From Malacoraja senta (Eukaryota): a DNA stretch of 64,000 bases. The translations under genes were made by a program, and so were the position numbers. Where the stretch lies: assembly GCA_038087875.1 (NCBI GenBank), contig CM075993.1, positions 7,566,001-7,630,000 of the forward strand, read 5' to 3'. Shown one piece after another: positions 11,662 through 24,145 of the stretch (its first letter is position 1; each line of letters starts with the position of its first letter). The notes under the pieces were generated by a model. The model saw only the letters and a program-made list of their open reading frames with translations, was not told the origin of the DNA and did not search any database.

Positions 11662-11829
11662 CACATTTTCCACAAACTCGATGTTGGTACTGGTAAGCTC
11701 TCTCCAAACACAGTTTGTTGCTCGCCTGTTCGAAGGCTTGGACGGCCTACGGGGCAAATGTGATTTAGTCAGCAATAAGTCGACAATTAATCCGTCCGAA
11801 ACAGGCTCTCGTGCATTTCTGTACTTCAG
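11662..11829 (-). CDS. Uncharacterised coiled-coil gene, probable coding exon 2
   Basis: ttactttttgtcag acceptor, gtacgt donor, 168 nt. Only the phase-0 frame is open: LKYRNAREPVSDGLIVDLLLTKSHLPRRPSKPSNRRATNCVWRELTSTNIEFVENV. Confidence 0.7.
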
Positions 11830-12469
11830 CTGACAAAAAGTAATTCAGAATCGGGATTTTTTTTTTAAAGAACAAAGTGCTGGAGTAACTCAGTGGGTCA
11901 AGCAGCATCTCTGGAGACATGGATAGGTGATGATTAGGGCAGCACGGTGGTGCAGCGGTAGAGTTGCTGCCTCGCAGCACCAGAGACCCGGGTTTGATCC
12001 TGACCTCGGGCGCTATCTGTGCGGAGTTTGAACGTTCTCCCTGCTCCGGTTTCCGCCCACATCCCAAAGACGTGCAGAATTGCAGATTAATTGGCTTCTG
12101 TAAATTGCCCTAATGTGTAGGATCCAAATGCAGGATAACATCAAACTACTGGTGTCAGTCTGAAGAAGGGCCTCGACCCGAAACATCAACCATTCCTTCC
12201 TCTCCAGGGATGCTGCCTGTCCTGTTGAGTTACTCCAGCATTTTGTGCCATCTTAAGTATAAACCAGCTTCTGCAGTTTCCTTCCTACTCATTACCTACA
12301 TACCTGTACGTCTTTGAAGTGTGGGAGGAAACCGAAGATCTCGAGAAAACCCACGCGGTCACGGGGAGAACGTACAAACTCCGTACAGGCAGCACCCGTA
12401 GTCCGGGATCGAACCCGGGAACCCGAACCCTGGAAGGCAGCAACTCTACTGCTGTGCCACCCTTAATAA

Positions 12470-12558
12470 CTGTATCACCATCCTTATTAAGGATGCATTC
12501 CAACCCCTCCCCATGCGGTGCCCAGTGGTCCTGGAAATCCCCCAGGGAGGTTGCTGGG
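12470..12558 (-). mobile_element. Probable Tx1-like LINE C-terminal remnant
   Basis: SLGDFQDHWAP..LECILNKDG resembles the F..RWAP terminus of fish Tx1 ORF2; short and recalled from memory. Confidence 0.4.
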
Positions 12559-12565
12559 TGCTTAC

Positions 12566-12607
12566 GTTGTTTACCCTGGTGTTGATATCTTCCAGCTCTT
12601 CCTTCAT
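12566..12607 (-). CDS. Uncharacterised coiled-coil gene, putative first coding segment (within exon 12746-12566)
   Basis: Strong acceptor ending at 12747 (ttctactttgctttaacccag). ATG at 12607 has A at -3 and an in-frame stop upstream. Reads MKEELEDINTRVNN then a phase-0 gtaagc donor; an alternative phase-0 donor lies 9 nt earlier. Confidence 0.55.
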
Positions 12608-12784
12608 CGTCTGGCCTGCGCTCGCTGGTCCCGTACAGGCCGGTCACCCCCATCTCCAAACTCGCGCAGTGGTGTGGAATAATCGACAACATCTCATGGG
12701 AACCCATTCTTCACACAGGGCCGCGCCAAGCTTAAAGAAAAATCACCTGGGTTAAAGCAAAGTAGAACATACACTGGCTCAAGT

Positions 12785-13230
12785 AGTAAGTAAGTGTAAG
12801 TAAGTAAGTTTATGGCCAAGTATTCACATACAAGGAATTTGCCTTGGTGCTCCGCCCACAAGTAACAACATGACATACTGTGGACAGTTACGAATGACTC
12901 AGAAAACACTAAACATTAATAATAATAAAACATTAAAGATAAAACACCATTGATCAGCATGTGAACCAACAAAATACCAGATCAAAGGGAGGCTACAGAT
13001 TTTTGGCTGTGGAGTAGAGCTGCTCGTGGATAAAAACTGTTTTTATGTCTGGCTGTGGCAGCTTTGACAGTCCGGAGTCGCCTTCCAGAGGGAAGTGATG
13101 CAAAGAGTTTGTGGCCATGGTGAGAGGGGTCCAGAGGTGATCTTGCCCGCTCGCTTCCTGGCCCTTGCAGTGTACAGTTCATCAATGGATGGAAGGTTGC
13201 AGCCAATAACCTCCTCAGCTGATCGGACGA
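12785..13230 (-). mobile_element. Rex1/Babar-like LINE 3' end (a shorter copy of its tail lies at 634-780)
   Basis: DPSHHGHKLFASLPSGRRLRTVKAATARHKNSFYP, with a (tact)n tail. Confidence 0.7.
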
Positions 13231-14189
13231 TTCGTATCGAGTATCGAGTTTAGTTTCGTTTATTATTGTCACGTATACCGAGGTACAGTGAAAAGCGTTT
13301 TTGTTGTGGCTATCCAGTCAGCGGCAAGACTATACATGATTATAATCAAGCCGTCCTTAGTGTACAGATACAGGATAACGAGAATGTGGGAGGAAACCGG
13401 AGCACCCGGAGAAAATCCACGCGGTCACAGGAAGAAAGTGTAAACTCCACACAGGCAGCACCCGAGGTCAGGATCGAACCCAGGTCTCTGGGGCTGTGAG
13501 ACAGCGGCTCTACCAGCTGCGCCACTGTGCCGTCCCTTAGAACTACAGGTCCACCACCGATTTTCCGGCAACTTATTTAGGCGACTACAGGCGATTAGGC
13601 TGGCGACCATGTGGCGACAGCCTAGTCGCCTGTAGTCGCCTAAACAAATCACCTAAGTGGGACAGGCCCTTTACTCTGTTTCTCTTCCCACACAGATGCA
13701 GCCTGACCTGCTGAGTGTTTCCAGCAGGCTCTGTTCTAGTTTAAGATTTCCAGCATTGAGTCATACAACACGGAAACTAGCTTAGCTGTGCTACGCTAGC
13801 TAATACGTGGGCAATTGGGACTGGCTTTGTTGTGGCATCATGTCCGTGCCGGCCAAGATGCCACAACTAAGCTAGTCACAATTGCCCACATCCCTCTAAA
13901 CCTTTCCTAACAAATTTACCGTTCCAAGTGTCTTATAAATGCTATTATAGCTCCTGCTTTGACTATCAATGCTCCAATGGTTCTTTGTTATCATGTGTAT
14001 CAAAGTACAGTGAAATTATTTTGTTGCATACAGATCAGTAAGATAATTGCCATACATTGGTACAATCCCCGGTTAAGTACATATTGCATAGAAACAGCCC
14101 TCCGAGCCCCAATGCAAGACTTGCCAGGTTTTGGTGCCATTTCCAAAGTCTCTGGCAAAAGTTCCACATCCTAAACTACTTACATACAT

Positions 14190-15545
14190 AGATACATAGA
14201 AAATAGGTGCAGGAGTAGGCCATTCGGCCCTTCGAGCCTGCACCGCCATTCAATATGATCATGGCTGATCATCCAACTCAGTATCCCGTACCTGCCTTCT
14301 CTCCATACCCCCTGATCCCTTTAGCCACAAGGGCCACATCTAACTCCCTCTTAAATATAGCCAATGAACTGGCGTCAACTACCCTCTGTGGCAGAGAGTT
14401 CCAGAGATTCACCACTCTCTGTGTGAAAAAGTTTTTCCTCATCTCGGTCTTAAAGGATTTCCCCCTTATCCTTAAGCTGTGACCCCTTGTCCTGGACTTC
14501 CCCAACATCGGGAACAATCTTCCTGCATCTAGCCTGTCCAACCCCATAAGAATTTTGTACGTTTCTATAAGATCCCCTCTCAATCTCCTAAATTCTAGCG
14601 AGTATAAGCCAAGTCTATCCAGTCTTTCTTCATATGAAAGTCCTGACATCCCAGGAATCAGTCTAGTGAACCTTCTCTGCACTCCCTCTATGGCTATAAT
14701 GTCCTTCCTCAGATTTGGAGACCAAAACTGTATGCAATACTCCAGGTGTGGTCTCACCAAGACCCTGTACAACTGCAGTAGAACCTCCCTGCTCCTATAC
14801 TCAAATCCTCTTGCTATGAAGGCCAACATACCATTCGCTTTCTTCACTGCCTGCTGCACCTGCATGCCTACTTTCAATGACTGGTGTACCATGACACCCA
14901 GGTCTCGCTGCACCTCCCCATTTCCTAATCGGCCACCATTTAGATAATAGTCTGCCTTCCCGTTTTTGCCACCAAAGTGGATAACCTCACATTTATCCAC
15001 ATTATACTGCATCTGCCAAACATTTGCCCACTCCCCCAGCCTATCCAAGTCACCTTGCAGTCTCCTAGCATCCTCCTCACAGCTAACACTGCCCCCCAGC
15101 TTAGTGTCATCCGCAAACTTGGAGATGTTGCTTTCAATTCCCTCGTCCAGTTCATTAATATATATTGTAAATAGCTGGGGTCCCAGCACTGAGCCTTGCG
15201 GTACCCCACTAGTCACTGCCTGCCATTGTGAAAAGGACCCGTTTACTCCTACTCTTTGCTTCCTGTTTGCCAGCCAGTTCTCTATCCACATCAATACTGA
15301 ACCCCCAATACCGTGTGATTTAAGCTTGTATCCTAATCTCTTATGTGGTACCTTGTGGAAAGCCTTCTGAAAGTCCAGATACAACACATCCACTGGTTCT
15401 CTCCTATCCACTCTACTAGTTACATCCTCGAAAAATTCTATAAGATTCGTCAGACATGATTTACCTTTCGTAAATCCATGCTGACTTTGTCCAATGATTT
15501 CACCACTTTCCAAATGTGCTGCTATCCCATCTTTAATAACTGACT
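14190..15545 (-). mobile_element. CR1-clade LINE, 5'-truncated, with an intact 411-aa RT C-terminal ORF (14278-15513)
   Basis: Motifs QHGF..GKSCLTNL, YLDFQKAF, SGVPQGSVLGP, FADDTKL, RRLRGDLIETYKI and FFTQRVVNLWNSLP, followed by the conserved 3' tail. Confidence 0.95.
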
Positions 15546-15799
15546 CTTGAGTTTAGTTTAGTTTAGTTTAGAGATACAGCGCGGAAACAGGCCCTTCGGC
15601 CCACCGGGTCCGCGCCGACCAGCGACCCCCGCACACTAACACTATCCTGCACACACTGGGAATAATTTGTTCATTTACCAGGCCAATTAACCTTACATAC
15701 CTGTACATCTTTGGAGTGTGGGAGGAAACTGAAGATCTCGGAGAAAACCCACGCAGGTCACGTGGAGAACGTACAAACTCCGTACATGTCCCTATTTAA

Positions 15800-16104
15800 A
15801 GGGCCTGTCCCACTGTACGAGGTAATTCAAGAGTTCTCCCGAGATTCCCCTGATTCGAACTCGGAGAATTACGGTAATAGCCGTTCGTAGGTACTCGGGG
15901 CTCTCGTGGACATTTTTCACAGTGCTGAAAAAACTTCACGAGTTACCGCGTTTCCCGAGTACCTGCCGTTAGCATTACGAGCCGCTACGAGACATCCACG
16001 AGCTCCGACGTACCCACTACGTACATTCTACGTACTTACCACGAGCTTGATTTTTTTTAACTCGGGAGAGTTCTTGAATTACCTGGTACAGTGGGACAGG
16101 CCGT
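15800..16104. mobile_element. PIF/Harbinger-like MITE
   Basis: Same TIR; TAA TSD. Confidence 0.82.
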
Positions 16105-16299
16105 TAAATATTTTCCCCTTTCACCTTAAACCTACGTCTTCTGGTTCTTGATTCCCCCACTCTGGGTAAAAGACTCTGTGCATTCACAATATCCAACGCC
16201 CTCGTGAATTTGTACACCTCTATACGATCACTCCTCAAGGAATAACATCCTAGCCTGGCCAAATGCTCAGAACTTCAAGTCATGGTAACGTCCATGTAA

Positions 16300-16616
16300 T
16301 GGCCCTGTCCCACTGTACGAGCTCATTCAAGAGTTCTCCCGAGTTTGCCCTGATTCGATCTCGGAGATTTATGGTAATAGCCGCTCGTAGGTAGTCGGGC
16401 TCTCATGGACATTTTTCAACATGTTGAAAAATCTTCACGAGTCTTCACGAGCTTACCGCGTTTCCCGAGTGCCTGCCGTTAGCGTTACGAGCCGCTAAGA
16501 GACGTCCCCGAGCTCCGACGTACCCGCTACGTACATTCTACGTGCTTCCACGAGTTTGATTTTTTTTAAAACTTGGGAGAGCTCTTGAATGAGCTAGTAC
16601 AGTGGGACAGGGCACT
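16300..16616. mobile_element. PIF/Harbinger-like MITE
   Basis: Homologous to 15800-16104. Confidence 0.78.
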
Positions 16617-16899
16617 TAAATCTTCTCTGTGCCCTCCTCCAGCTTACGGACCCTAGAACAGGGTGACCAAATCTGAACACAATGCTCCAAACATGGCTTC
16701 ACCAAAGTCTTGTACATCGATGGAGGCGGAGGATTGTTGACGATTTGGGTCAAGATCTTGCACCAACCCTCTGCCTCCACAGATGCCGCTTGACCCACAG
16801 AAACATAAGGCGTTGTTCCTCAAGCTTGATTTGGGTCCTGTTGTAAAATCCCTCATAGTTGTAAAAATAAATGTTAAAAAACGTCGAGTTTATTAATGA

Positions 16900-17151
16900 A
16901 GGTAGACAAAAATGCTGGATAAACTCAGCGGGTGCTGCAGCATCTATGGAGCGAAGGAAATAGGCAACGTTCGGGCCGAAACCCGGAAGGGTTTCGGCCC
17001 GAAACGTTGCCTATTTCCTCCAGTCTGAAGAAGGGTTTCGGCCCGAAACGTTGCCTATTTCCTTTGCTCCATAGATGCTGCCTCACCCGCTGAGTTTCTC
17101 CAGCATTTTTGTCTACCTTTGATTTTCCAGCATCTGCAGTTCCTTCCTAAA
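16900..17151. mobile_element. Foldback Penelope-derived insertion with tandem hammerhead motifs
   Basis: Inverted arms flanked by a 14-bp TSD gagtt(t/a)attaatga (16886-16899 / 17152-17165). CTGAAGA at 17025-17031, GAAA at 17045-17048. Confidence 0.8.
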
Positions 17152-17344
17152 GAGTTAATTAATGATACTTGAAGACGGAAATCTGCCATCCATACCTGGT
17201 CATAGAATCATACAGACCCTTCAGCCCATCTTGTTGTTCCTGAACATTGAGTATCTATCTACACTGTTCACCATCAGTCTGAAGACGGGTCCCAACCCGA
17301 AATGTCCCTCCACAGATGCTGCCTGACCCACTGAGTTTAGCGAA

Positions 17345-17820
17345 GAAACATAGAAAATAGGTGCAGGAGTAGGCCATTCAGCTCTTCGAGCCATTCAATA
17401 TGATCATGGCTGATCATCCACAATCAGTACCCCGTTCCTGCTTTCTCCCTATATCCCTTGATTCCGTTAGCCCTAAGACCAATATCTAACTCTCTCTTGA
17501 ATACATCTTGTGAATTGGCCTCCACTGCCTTCTGTGGCAGAAAATTCCACAGATTCACAACTCTCTGGGTGAAAGTTTTTCCTCATCTCAGTCCTAAATG
17601 GCCTACCCCTTATTCTTAAACTATGAGCCCTGGTTCTGGACTCCCCCAACATCAGGAATATTTTTCCTGCATCTAGCTAGTCCAATCCCTTAGGACTTTT
17701 ATATGTTTCTATAAGAACACCTCTCATCCTTCCAAATTCCAGTGAATACAAGCCCCTGTCGACCCATTCTTTCATCATATGTCAGTCCCGCCATCCTGGG
17801 AATTAACCTGGTGAACCTAC
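17345..17820 (-). mobile_element. CR1 LINE 3' fragment
   Basis: Homologous to 14200-14680. Confidence 0.85.
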
Positions 17821-20800
17821 GTTGTAATCTGTGCTTTTTACTTACACTTTGCCCAAGATTCAGCGTCTGCCGTGTCTCCGGTCTCCGTTTAGAAATTCAA
17901 CGCTGTGTTTAGGTGGATGCTAAGTTGTTGCTTCAATGTAAAATCCTACAGTTTTGGAAACAGGTGAGCCACGAAGCAGAAGAGGCATTGTGTGGAATCC
18001 TGAGACTCCGCCCTACAGGGGGAGGCCATTCGGCCCCCTTGGTCTATCCTATCCCTCCATTGAATTCCCTACTCCCCTCCTTACAGTTAACCCACAGCGT
18101 TATATAGGAAGGAACTACAGATGCTGGTTTAAACCGAAGATGCTGGAGTAACTCAACGGGACAGGCAGCATCTCTGGAGAGAAGGAATGGGTGACGTTTC
18201 GGGTCGAGACCCTACTTCAGACTGAGGATATAGAGTTCAGAGTCAGAGCGGTATGTGACCTATCGAGGTATTATACACAAATATCTCAGTATCACATTTT
18301 GGCACACAGATTTCAGAACATGTCCTCATGATGATATATCCACAAACCAATGCCCCTGGTTGTACAGGAACCAACAATAGATACCAGCCTATTTCTATTT
18401 TGTTCATAAAGTTGGTAGAAATATCAATCCCCATGGCTGAAGACTGTCATTCCATCAGATCATACGAGATCGAGAAACATAGAACTGCAGATGCTGGTTT
18501 GCTAAAGAAGACACACAGTGCTGGAGTAACTCAGCAGGTCAGCCAGCATCTCTGGAGAGCTTGGATAGGTGATGTTTCGGGTCGGGACCCTTCTTCAGGC
18601 TGATTTTTTGAGGGCGGAGGAAAAGAAAGCTGGAAGAGAGGACAGGACATAGTAATAGTAATAGGTTGAAGATAGACACAAAAAGCTGGAGTAACTCATC
18701 TCCGGAGAGAAGGAATAGGTGACGTTTCGGGTCGAGACCCTTCTTCAGGTAATAGGTTGATACAGGTGAGGTAAGTTAGACTTAGGTTTAGAGTTAGAAT
18801 TAGATTTCAGAGATTCAGCATGGAAACAGGCCCTTTGGCCCATCGAGTCCATACCGACCATCGATCACCCGTACACATACTAGTTCCATGTTATCCACAT
18901 TCTCATCCATTCCCTACACACTAGGGGCAATTTACAGAGGCCAATCAACCTACAAACCCGCACGTCTTTGGGATGTGGGAGGAAACCGGAGCACACGGAG
19001 GAATCCTAGGCAGTCGCAGGGAGAGCGTGCAAAACTCCACACAAACAGCACCCGAGGTCAAGATGGAACCCAGGTCTCTGACTCTGTGAGGCAGCAGCTG
19101 TGCCTCTGTGTTAGATATGAGATCTGACGTTCGTACAAATTTCGTAAAAGGATCACAGAATTAGCTCTTGTCATTATTTGTTTTTATGCTTAATCGAACA
19201 AAGGCAGAATTAATCAGGGACAAGACACAAAGTGCTGGAGTAACTCAGCAGGTCAGGCAGCATCTCTGGAGTAACATAGATAGGTGACGTTTGGGGTCGG
19301 GACCCTTCCTCTGACTGACTGATTCCTCAGCAAGTCTCCAGAGATGCTGCCTGTCCCGCTGAGTTACTCCAGCACTTTGTGTCGTTCCTTGGTAAACCAG
19401 CATCTGCAGTTCCTTTAGTTCAGTTTAGTTTAGAGATACAGCATGGAAACAGGCCCTTCGGCCCACCGAGTCCGCGCTGACCAGCGATTACCCGTACACT
19501 AGTTCTATCCTGCACACACTAGGGACAATTTACAGAAGTCAATTAGCCCTTTGGAGTGTGAGAGGAGACCGGAGCACCCGGTGAAAGCCCACGTGGGCAC
19601 AGGGAGAACGTGCAAGCTCCATACAGACAGCACCCTTAGTTAGGATCAAACCCGGGTGTCTGGCGCTGTAAGGCAGCAACTCTACCGCTGCACCTTTGAA
19701 GAAGGGTGCCAACCTGAATTGTCCTTGTTTCCACATTAATCGGAAGCAAGTCACCTTGTACATGGAATTAAACAGCACGGACATTTGGCCCATCACACTT
19801 GTGCAAGCCCATTACAGGAGCCAGCTAACCAGACCCCATTCCACTCTCCCCCTCACCACCAACAAAACACTGCAAACTCTTCCCCATCAAGCACAAATCT
19901 TATTCCATTTTGAAGGCTTTCGTTCAGCAGTGCTGAATTCAAAAGTACAGAAACCAAACCATGCTCTTGGTCAAGAGAGGGTGAATTGTACCTTAGTGTT
20001 AAATGCTTCAGATGCCACGCATCCTAATGCTGCCTTCACACGCCGATCCTTGCATCTATTCAGGTCTCAAGGTCAGGAGACTTTTATGGGTCTCTCACTC
20101 AGTGGCCATGGTTTCTACAAACAAATTCCAGTGAGTCAGTCTTCCGAAGAAATTGTGCAAGTAATTCCTGACACTGGGGTCACACCCTTGTAATACGGAG
20201 CAAAGGCATGTCAGCTTTTGTTCCATTTCAATCCCGCAGCCACAGAACAAACTGCAGCCCAGTTACAAAGAAGCCACACACACATACAGAGCCATTGACT
20301 ACGACCCAGGGCTGAGAACAATGCTTGTTTACATGCAGCACTAGACAGCAATAAATGGTTGCCACGTCGAAAAGAAAACAAAGGTGAAAGCCATTGATGT
20401 TTTGTTGACTTTTGGCCACTTCTTGAGAAAAGGACTGGGCTTTCCTGCTCTTGACGGGATCAATACTGCCTCGGGGCCACACGGTGGCGTTGCTGCCTCA
20501 CAGCGCCAGAGACCCGGGTTCGGTCCTGTCCACGGGTGCTGTCTGTACGGAGTTTGTACTTTCTCCCTGTTCTACGTGGCTTTTTCCCCGGGTGCTCTGG
20601 GTTCACCTCCCACACTCCAAAGAGGTGCAGGTTTGTAGGTTAAATGGCTTGGGTAAAAATTGTAAATTGTCTCTCGTGTGTAGAATAGTGTCAGTGTGCG
20701 GGGATCGTGGTCGGTGCGGACCCGGTGGGCTGAAGGGCCTGTTTCCGCGCTGTATCTCTAAACCACACGCAAAATGCTGGAGTAACTCAGCGGGTCAGGC

Positions 20801-22254
20801 AGCATCTCTGAGAAAACTAACAGGTGACGTTTCGGCTCAAGATCCTTCCTCAGACTGAGAGTCAGGGGAGAGGGGAACTAAAGATATGAAAAGGTACAAA
20901 GAACAAATGGATGAAAGGCATGAATAGGACAAATCAAAGCCAGCAACGATGATCAAGGAAAGGTAGAGCCCACAATGATCCATTGTTGGCTGTGGAAAAG
21001 TGAACCCTCGTTTTTACAGACCTCTTTATAACAGATTTTGGTTATAGCAGGCAAGACCTGCGGAACTTCACAGTTTTTGATCCAGACTTCAATTGTCCTA
21101 AAAATCGAAATGTTAAAATATTGAAATATACAGCATGGAAACAGGCCCTTCGGCCCGCTGAGTACTTGCTGACCATCGAGCACCCGTTCACAATAATTCC
21201 ATGAAAAGATACAAAATGCTGGAGTAACTCAGTGGGTCAGGCAGCAAACCTGGAGAACAGGATATGTGATGTTTCTATTCAAGACCCATCTTCGGACTGA
21301 TTTTAGGGGGTGGGGAGGGGGGGGGCAAAGATAGGAGGAGGGGCAGGATAAAATCTGGCAGGTTATATATAGGTTTACCAGATTGAAGAGTCTCGATACG
21401 ATGGAACCTTATTTATCCCAGGAAGGAAATTGATCTGCCAACGGTCATAAAACACTAAATACATGAAACATGAAATTAAAGTGACGAGTGGAAAGGATTG
21501 GGGATGTGCAAAGATTGGGGAAGGGGAGAGGGCAGTCAGTCTCAGTCTACCCCACGACAGAAGGGGGAGGAGTTGTACAGTTTGATAGCCACAGGGAAGA
21601 AGGATGTCCTGTGGCGTTCTGTGCTGCATCATGGTGGAACCAGTCTGTTGATGAAGGTGCTCCTCAGGTTGATCGGTGTGTTATGGGGGGGGGGGGGGGG
21701 GTGAGCTGCATTGACCAGGATGCTCCGCAGTTTCAGGAGCATCCTCCCCTCCAAGACCACCTCCCAGTCTCAACCCAAAACGTCACCTATCTATGTTCTC
21801 CAGGGATGCTGACTGGCTGTGTTACTCAAGCACTTTGTTTCCACACTAGTTTGATATTCTATTATCCATACCAAGAGTAGGTGTGAGCTCCCTCTGGTGG
21901 AGTCCATGGCTTCTTGCAATGATCATTTATCACATTTACCAGTATCCTCACTTCCATCTTGGAGTTTTCACTTTATAAAAGTTTGATTCAGTTCAATGTG
22001 CCTCTTTGTTCCTCTACACTCAGCACAATCAGGTACTCTTGGTTCAAACATATTTGGAAGATGCATCAACATTCTTGCTCTATAAAACATTCAACATAAG
22101 GTCATAAGGAATAGTAGTAGTATTAGCCTATTCGGCACATCAAGTCTACTCCTCCATTCAATCATGGCTGATCTATCTCTCCCTCCCCAACCCCATTCTC
22201 CTGCCTCCTCCCCATAACCTCTGACATTCTCATAGCATCCTCCTCACAGTTCAC

Positions 22255-23140
22255 AAGCTGGGTGGCAGTGCGAACTGTAAGGAGGATGCTGTGAGAATGC
22301 AGGGTGACTTGGACAGGTTGGGCGAGTGGGCAGATGCAGTTTAAGTGGATAAATGTGAGGTTATCCACTTTGGTAACAAAAACAGGAAGGCTGATTATAA
22401 TCTAAACGGTGTCAAGTTGGGAAAAGGGGAAGTACAACGGGATCTGGGGGGTCCTTGTTCATCAATCAATGAAAGTAAGCATGCAGGTACAGCAGGCAGT
22501 AAAGAAAGCAAATGGCATGGCCTTCATAACAAGAGGAGTTAAGTATAGGAGCAAAGAGGTCCTTCTGCAGTTGTACAGGGCCCTAGTGAGACCACAACGG
22601 GAGTATTGTGTGCAGTTTTGGTCCCCTAATTTGAGGAAGGACATTCTTGCTATTGAGGGAGTGCAGCGTAGGTTTACAAGGTTAATTCCCGGGATGGCGG
22701 GACTGTCATATGCTTAGAGAATGGAGTGGCTGGGCTTGTATACTCTGGAGTTTAGAAGGATGAGAGGATATCTTATTGAAACATATAAGATTATTAAGGG
22801 TTTGGACACGCTAGAGGCAGGAAACATGTTCCTGATGTTTGGGGAGTCCAGAACCAGGGGCCACAGTTTAAGAATAAGAGGTAAGCCATTTAGAACGGAG
22901 ATGAGGAAAAACATTTTCACACAGAGGGTTGTGAATCTGTGGAATTCTCTGCCTCAGAGGGCGGTGGAGGCAGGTTCTCTGGATGCTTTCAAGAGAGAGC
23001 TAGATAGGGCTCTTAAAGATAGCGGAGTCAGGGGATATGGGGAGAAGGCAGGAACGGGGTCCTGATTGGGGATGATCAGCCATGATCACATTGAATGGCG
23101 GGACTGAATGGCCTACTCCTGCACCTATTGTCCATTGTCA
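22255..23140 (+). mobile_element. CR1 LINE 3' fragment (frameshifted)
   Basis: Translates to DKCEVIHFG, LQLYRALVRP and QRVVNLWNSLPQ, followed by the 3' tail. Confidence 0.9.
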
Positions 23141-24039
23141 AGCAGGCTTCATGAAAATCACGTTACTGATTTACGGTATGCCGTTTAGCAACCACAACAG
23201 ACGATAATGTCAGGCATAATCAAAAGCGAGACCCTAGAAAACATGGGCCTCTCCAGAGTTTGAGTCAGCTGTCGGTAAAAGCAGAATGTAGTTCTAGTTT
23301 TTATGTATTCAATAGTTTCTTCAGTCAATATCCTGAGAATGTTAGGTTTTAATGTACCTGGTCTAAAACAGAAATCCATAATTGCTGTCTCACAAACTAT
23401 TTAGGGCTGAAGATTTGTGGATTTCCATATTTCAAATAGCAGCTTTCAAAATGTTCTTCCTTTCAGTTTTCGTCGTACTTTGTAAAACATTAAACATGTA
23501 AAGCAATATTCAAAGTCTGCAGCAATACTGTCAGCGTGCCAATAACGATCCGAAACATGGCCAAGACACGTCCTTTAGAGATGCCGCCTGACCTGCTGAG
23601 TTACTCCAGCACTTTGTGTTCTGAATACATTAAACCTTCAGCTTACACCACTTCAGTATCAAGATGGCACTGGAGTGTAGCGAATCTTTGTGTGTTCTTC
23701 CCAGAGAAGGTTCGACTACCAACCGATACAATCGCTCTGCTCTTCTCCATTATGTCTTCTCCCCATGGACGTGTAGCACCAATTTGTACTATCTATTGTA
23801 CTTGAGTTTGAACGGATTCTATCTACGAATGATATATCTTTGGATAGCATGCAAAACAAAGCCTTTCACTGTACCTTGGTGCATGTGACAATAATAAACC
23901 TAAACCTCATGTCAAATTTGTTTTAGCCCATCCATTACACAGCAGGAACGTGGGTCTCCCATGCTGCCCCCAAACACTGAAGTTCGGTGTTTTGGGGATA
24001 TAAATAAGAACACAATACTGACAAATTCCTTTTGGGTTT

Positions 24040-24045
24040 TTTAAT
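24040..24045 (-). terminator. Candidate rps17 polyadenylation signal (ATTAAA)
   Basis: ATTAAA about 25 nt after the stop codon, consistent with the short 3' UTRs of ribosomal protein genes. Confidence 0.6.
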
Positions 24046-24070
24046 TGTAAGAAAATGGCGGAAATAAACT

Positions 24071-24145
24071 TTAGATTCTCGGAGTCCTGAACGCCATCCC
24101 CACTGAAGGCTGCGTGACCTGAAGATTGGACAAGCTGCCAAAGTC
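24071..24145 (-). CDS. rps17: 40S ribosomal protein S17, exon 5 (terminal)
   Basis: ctcttttgcag acceptor. Reads [24 protein letters not shown], matching the vertebrate RPS17 C-terminus. Confidence 0.96.
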   Translation of the reverse strand, partial: DFGSLSNLQVTQPSVGMAFRTPRI

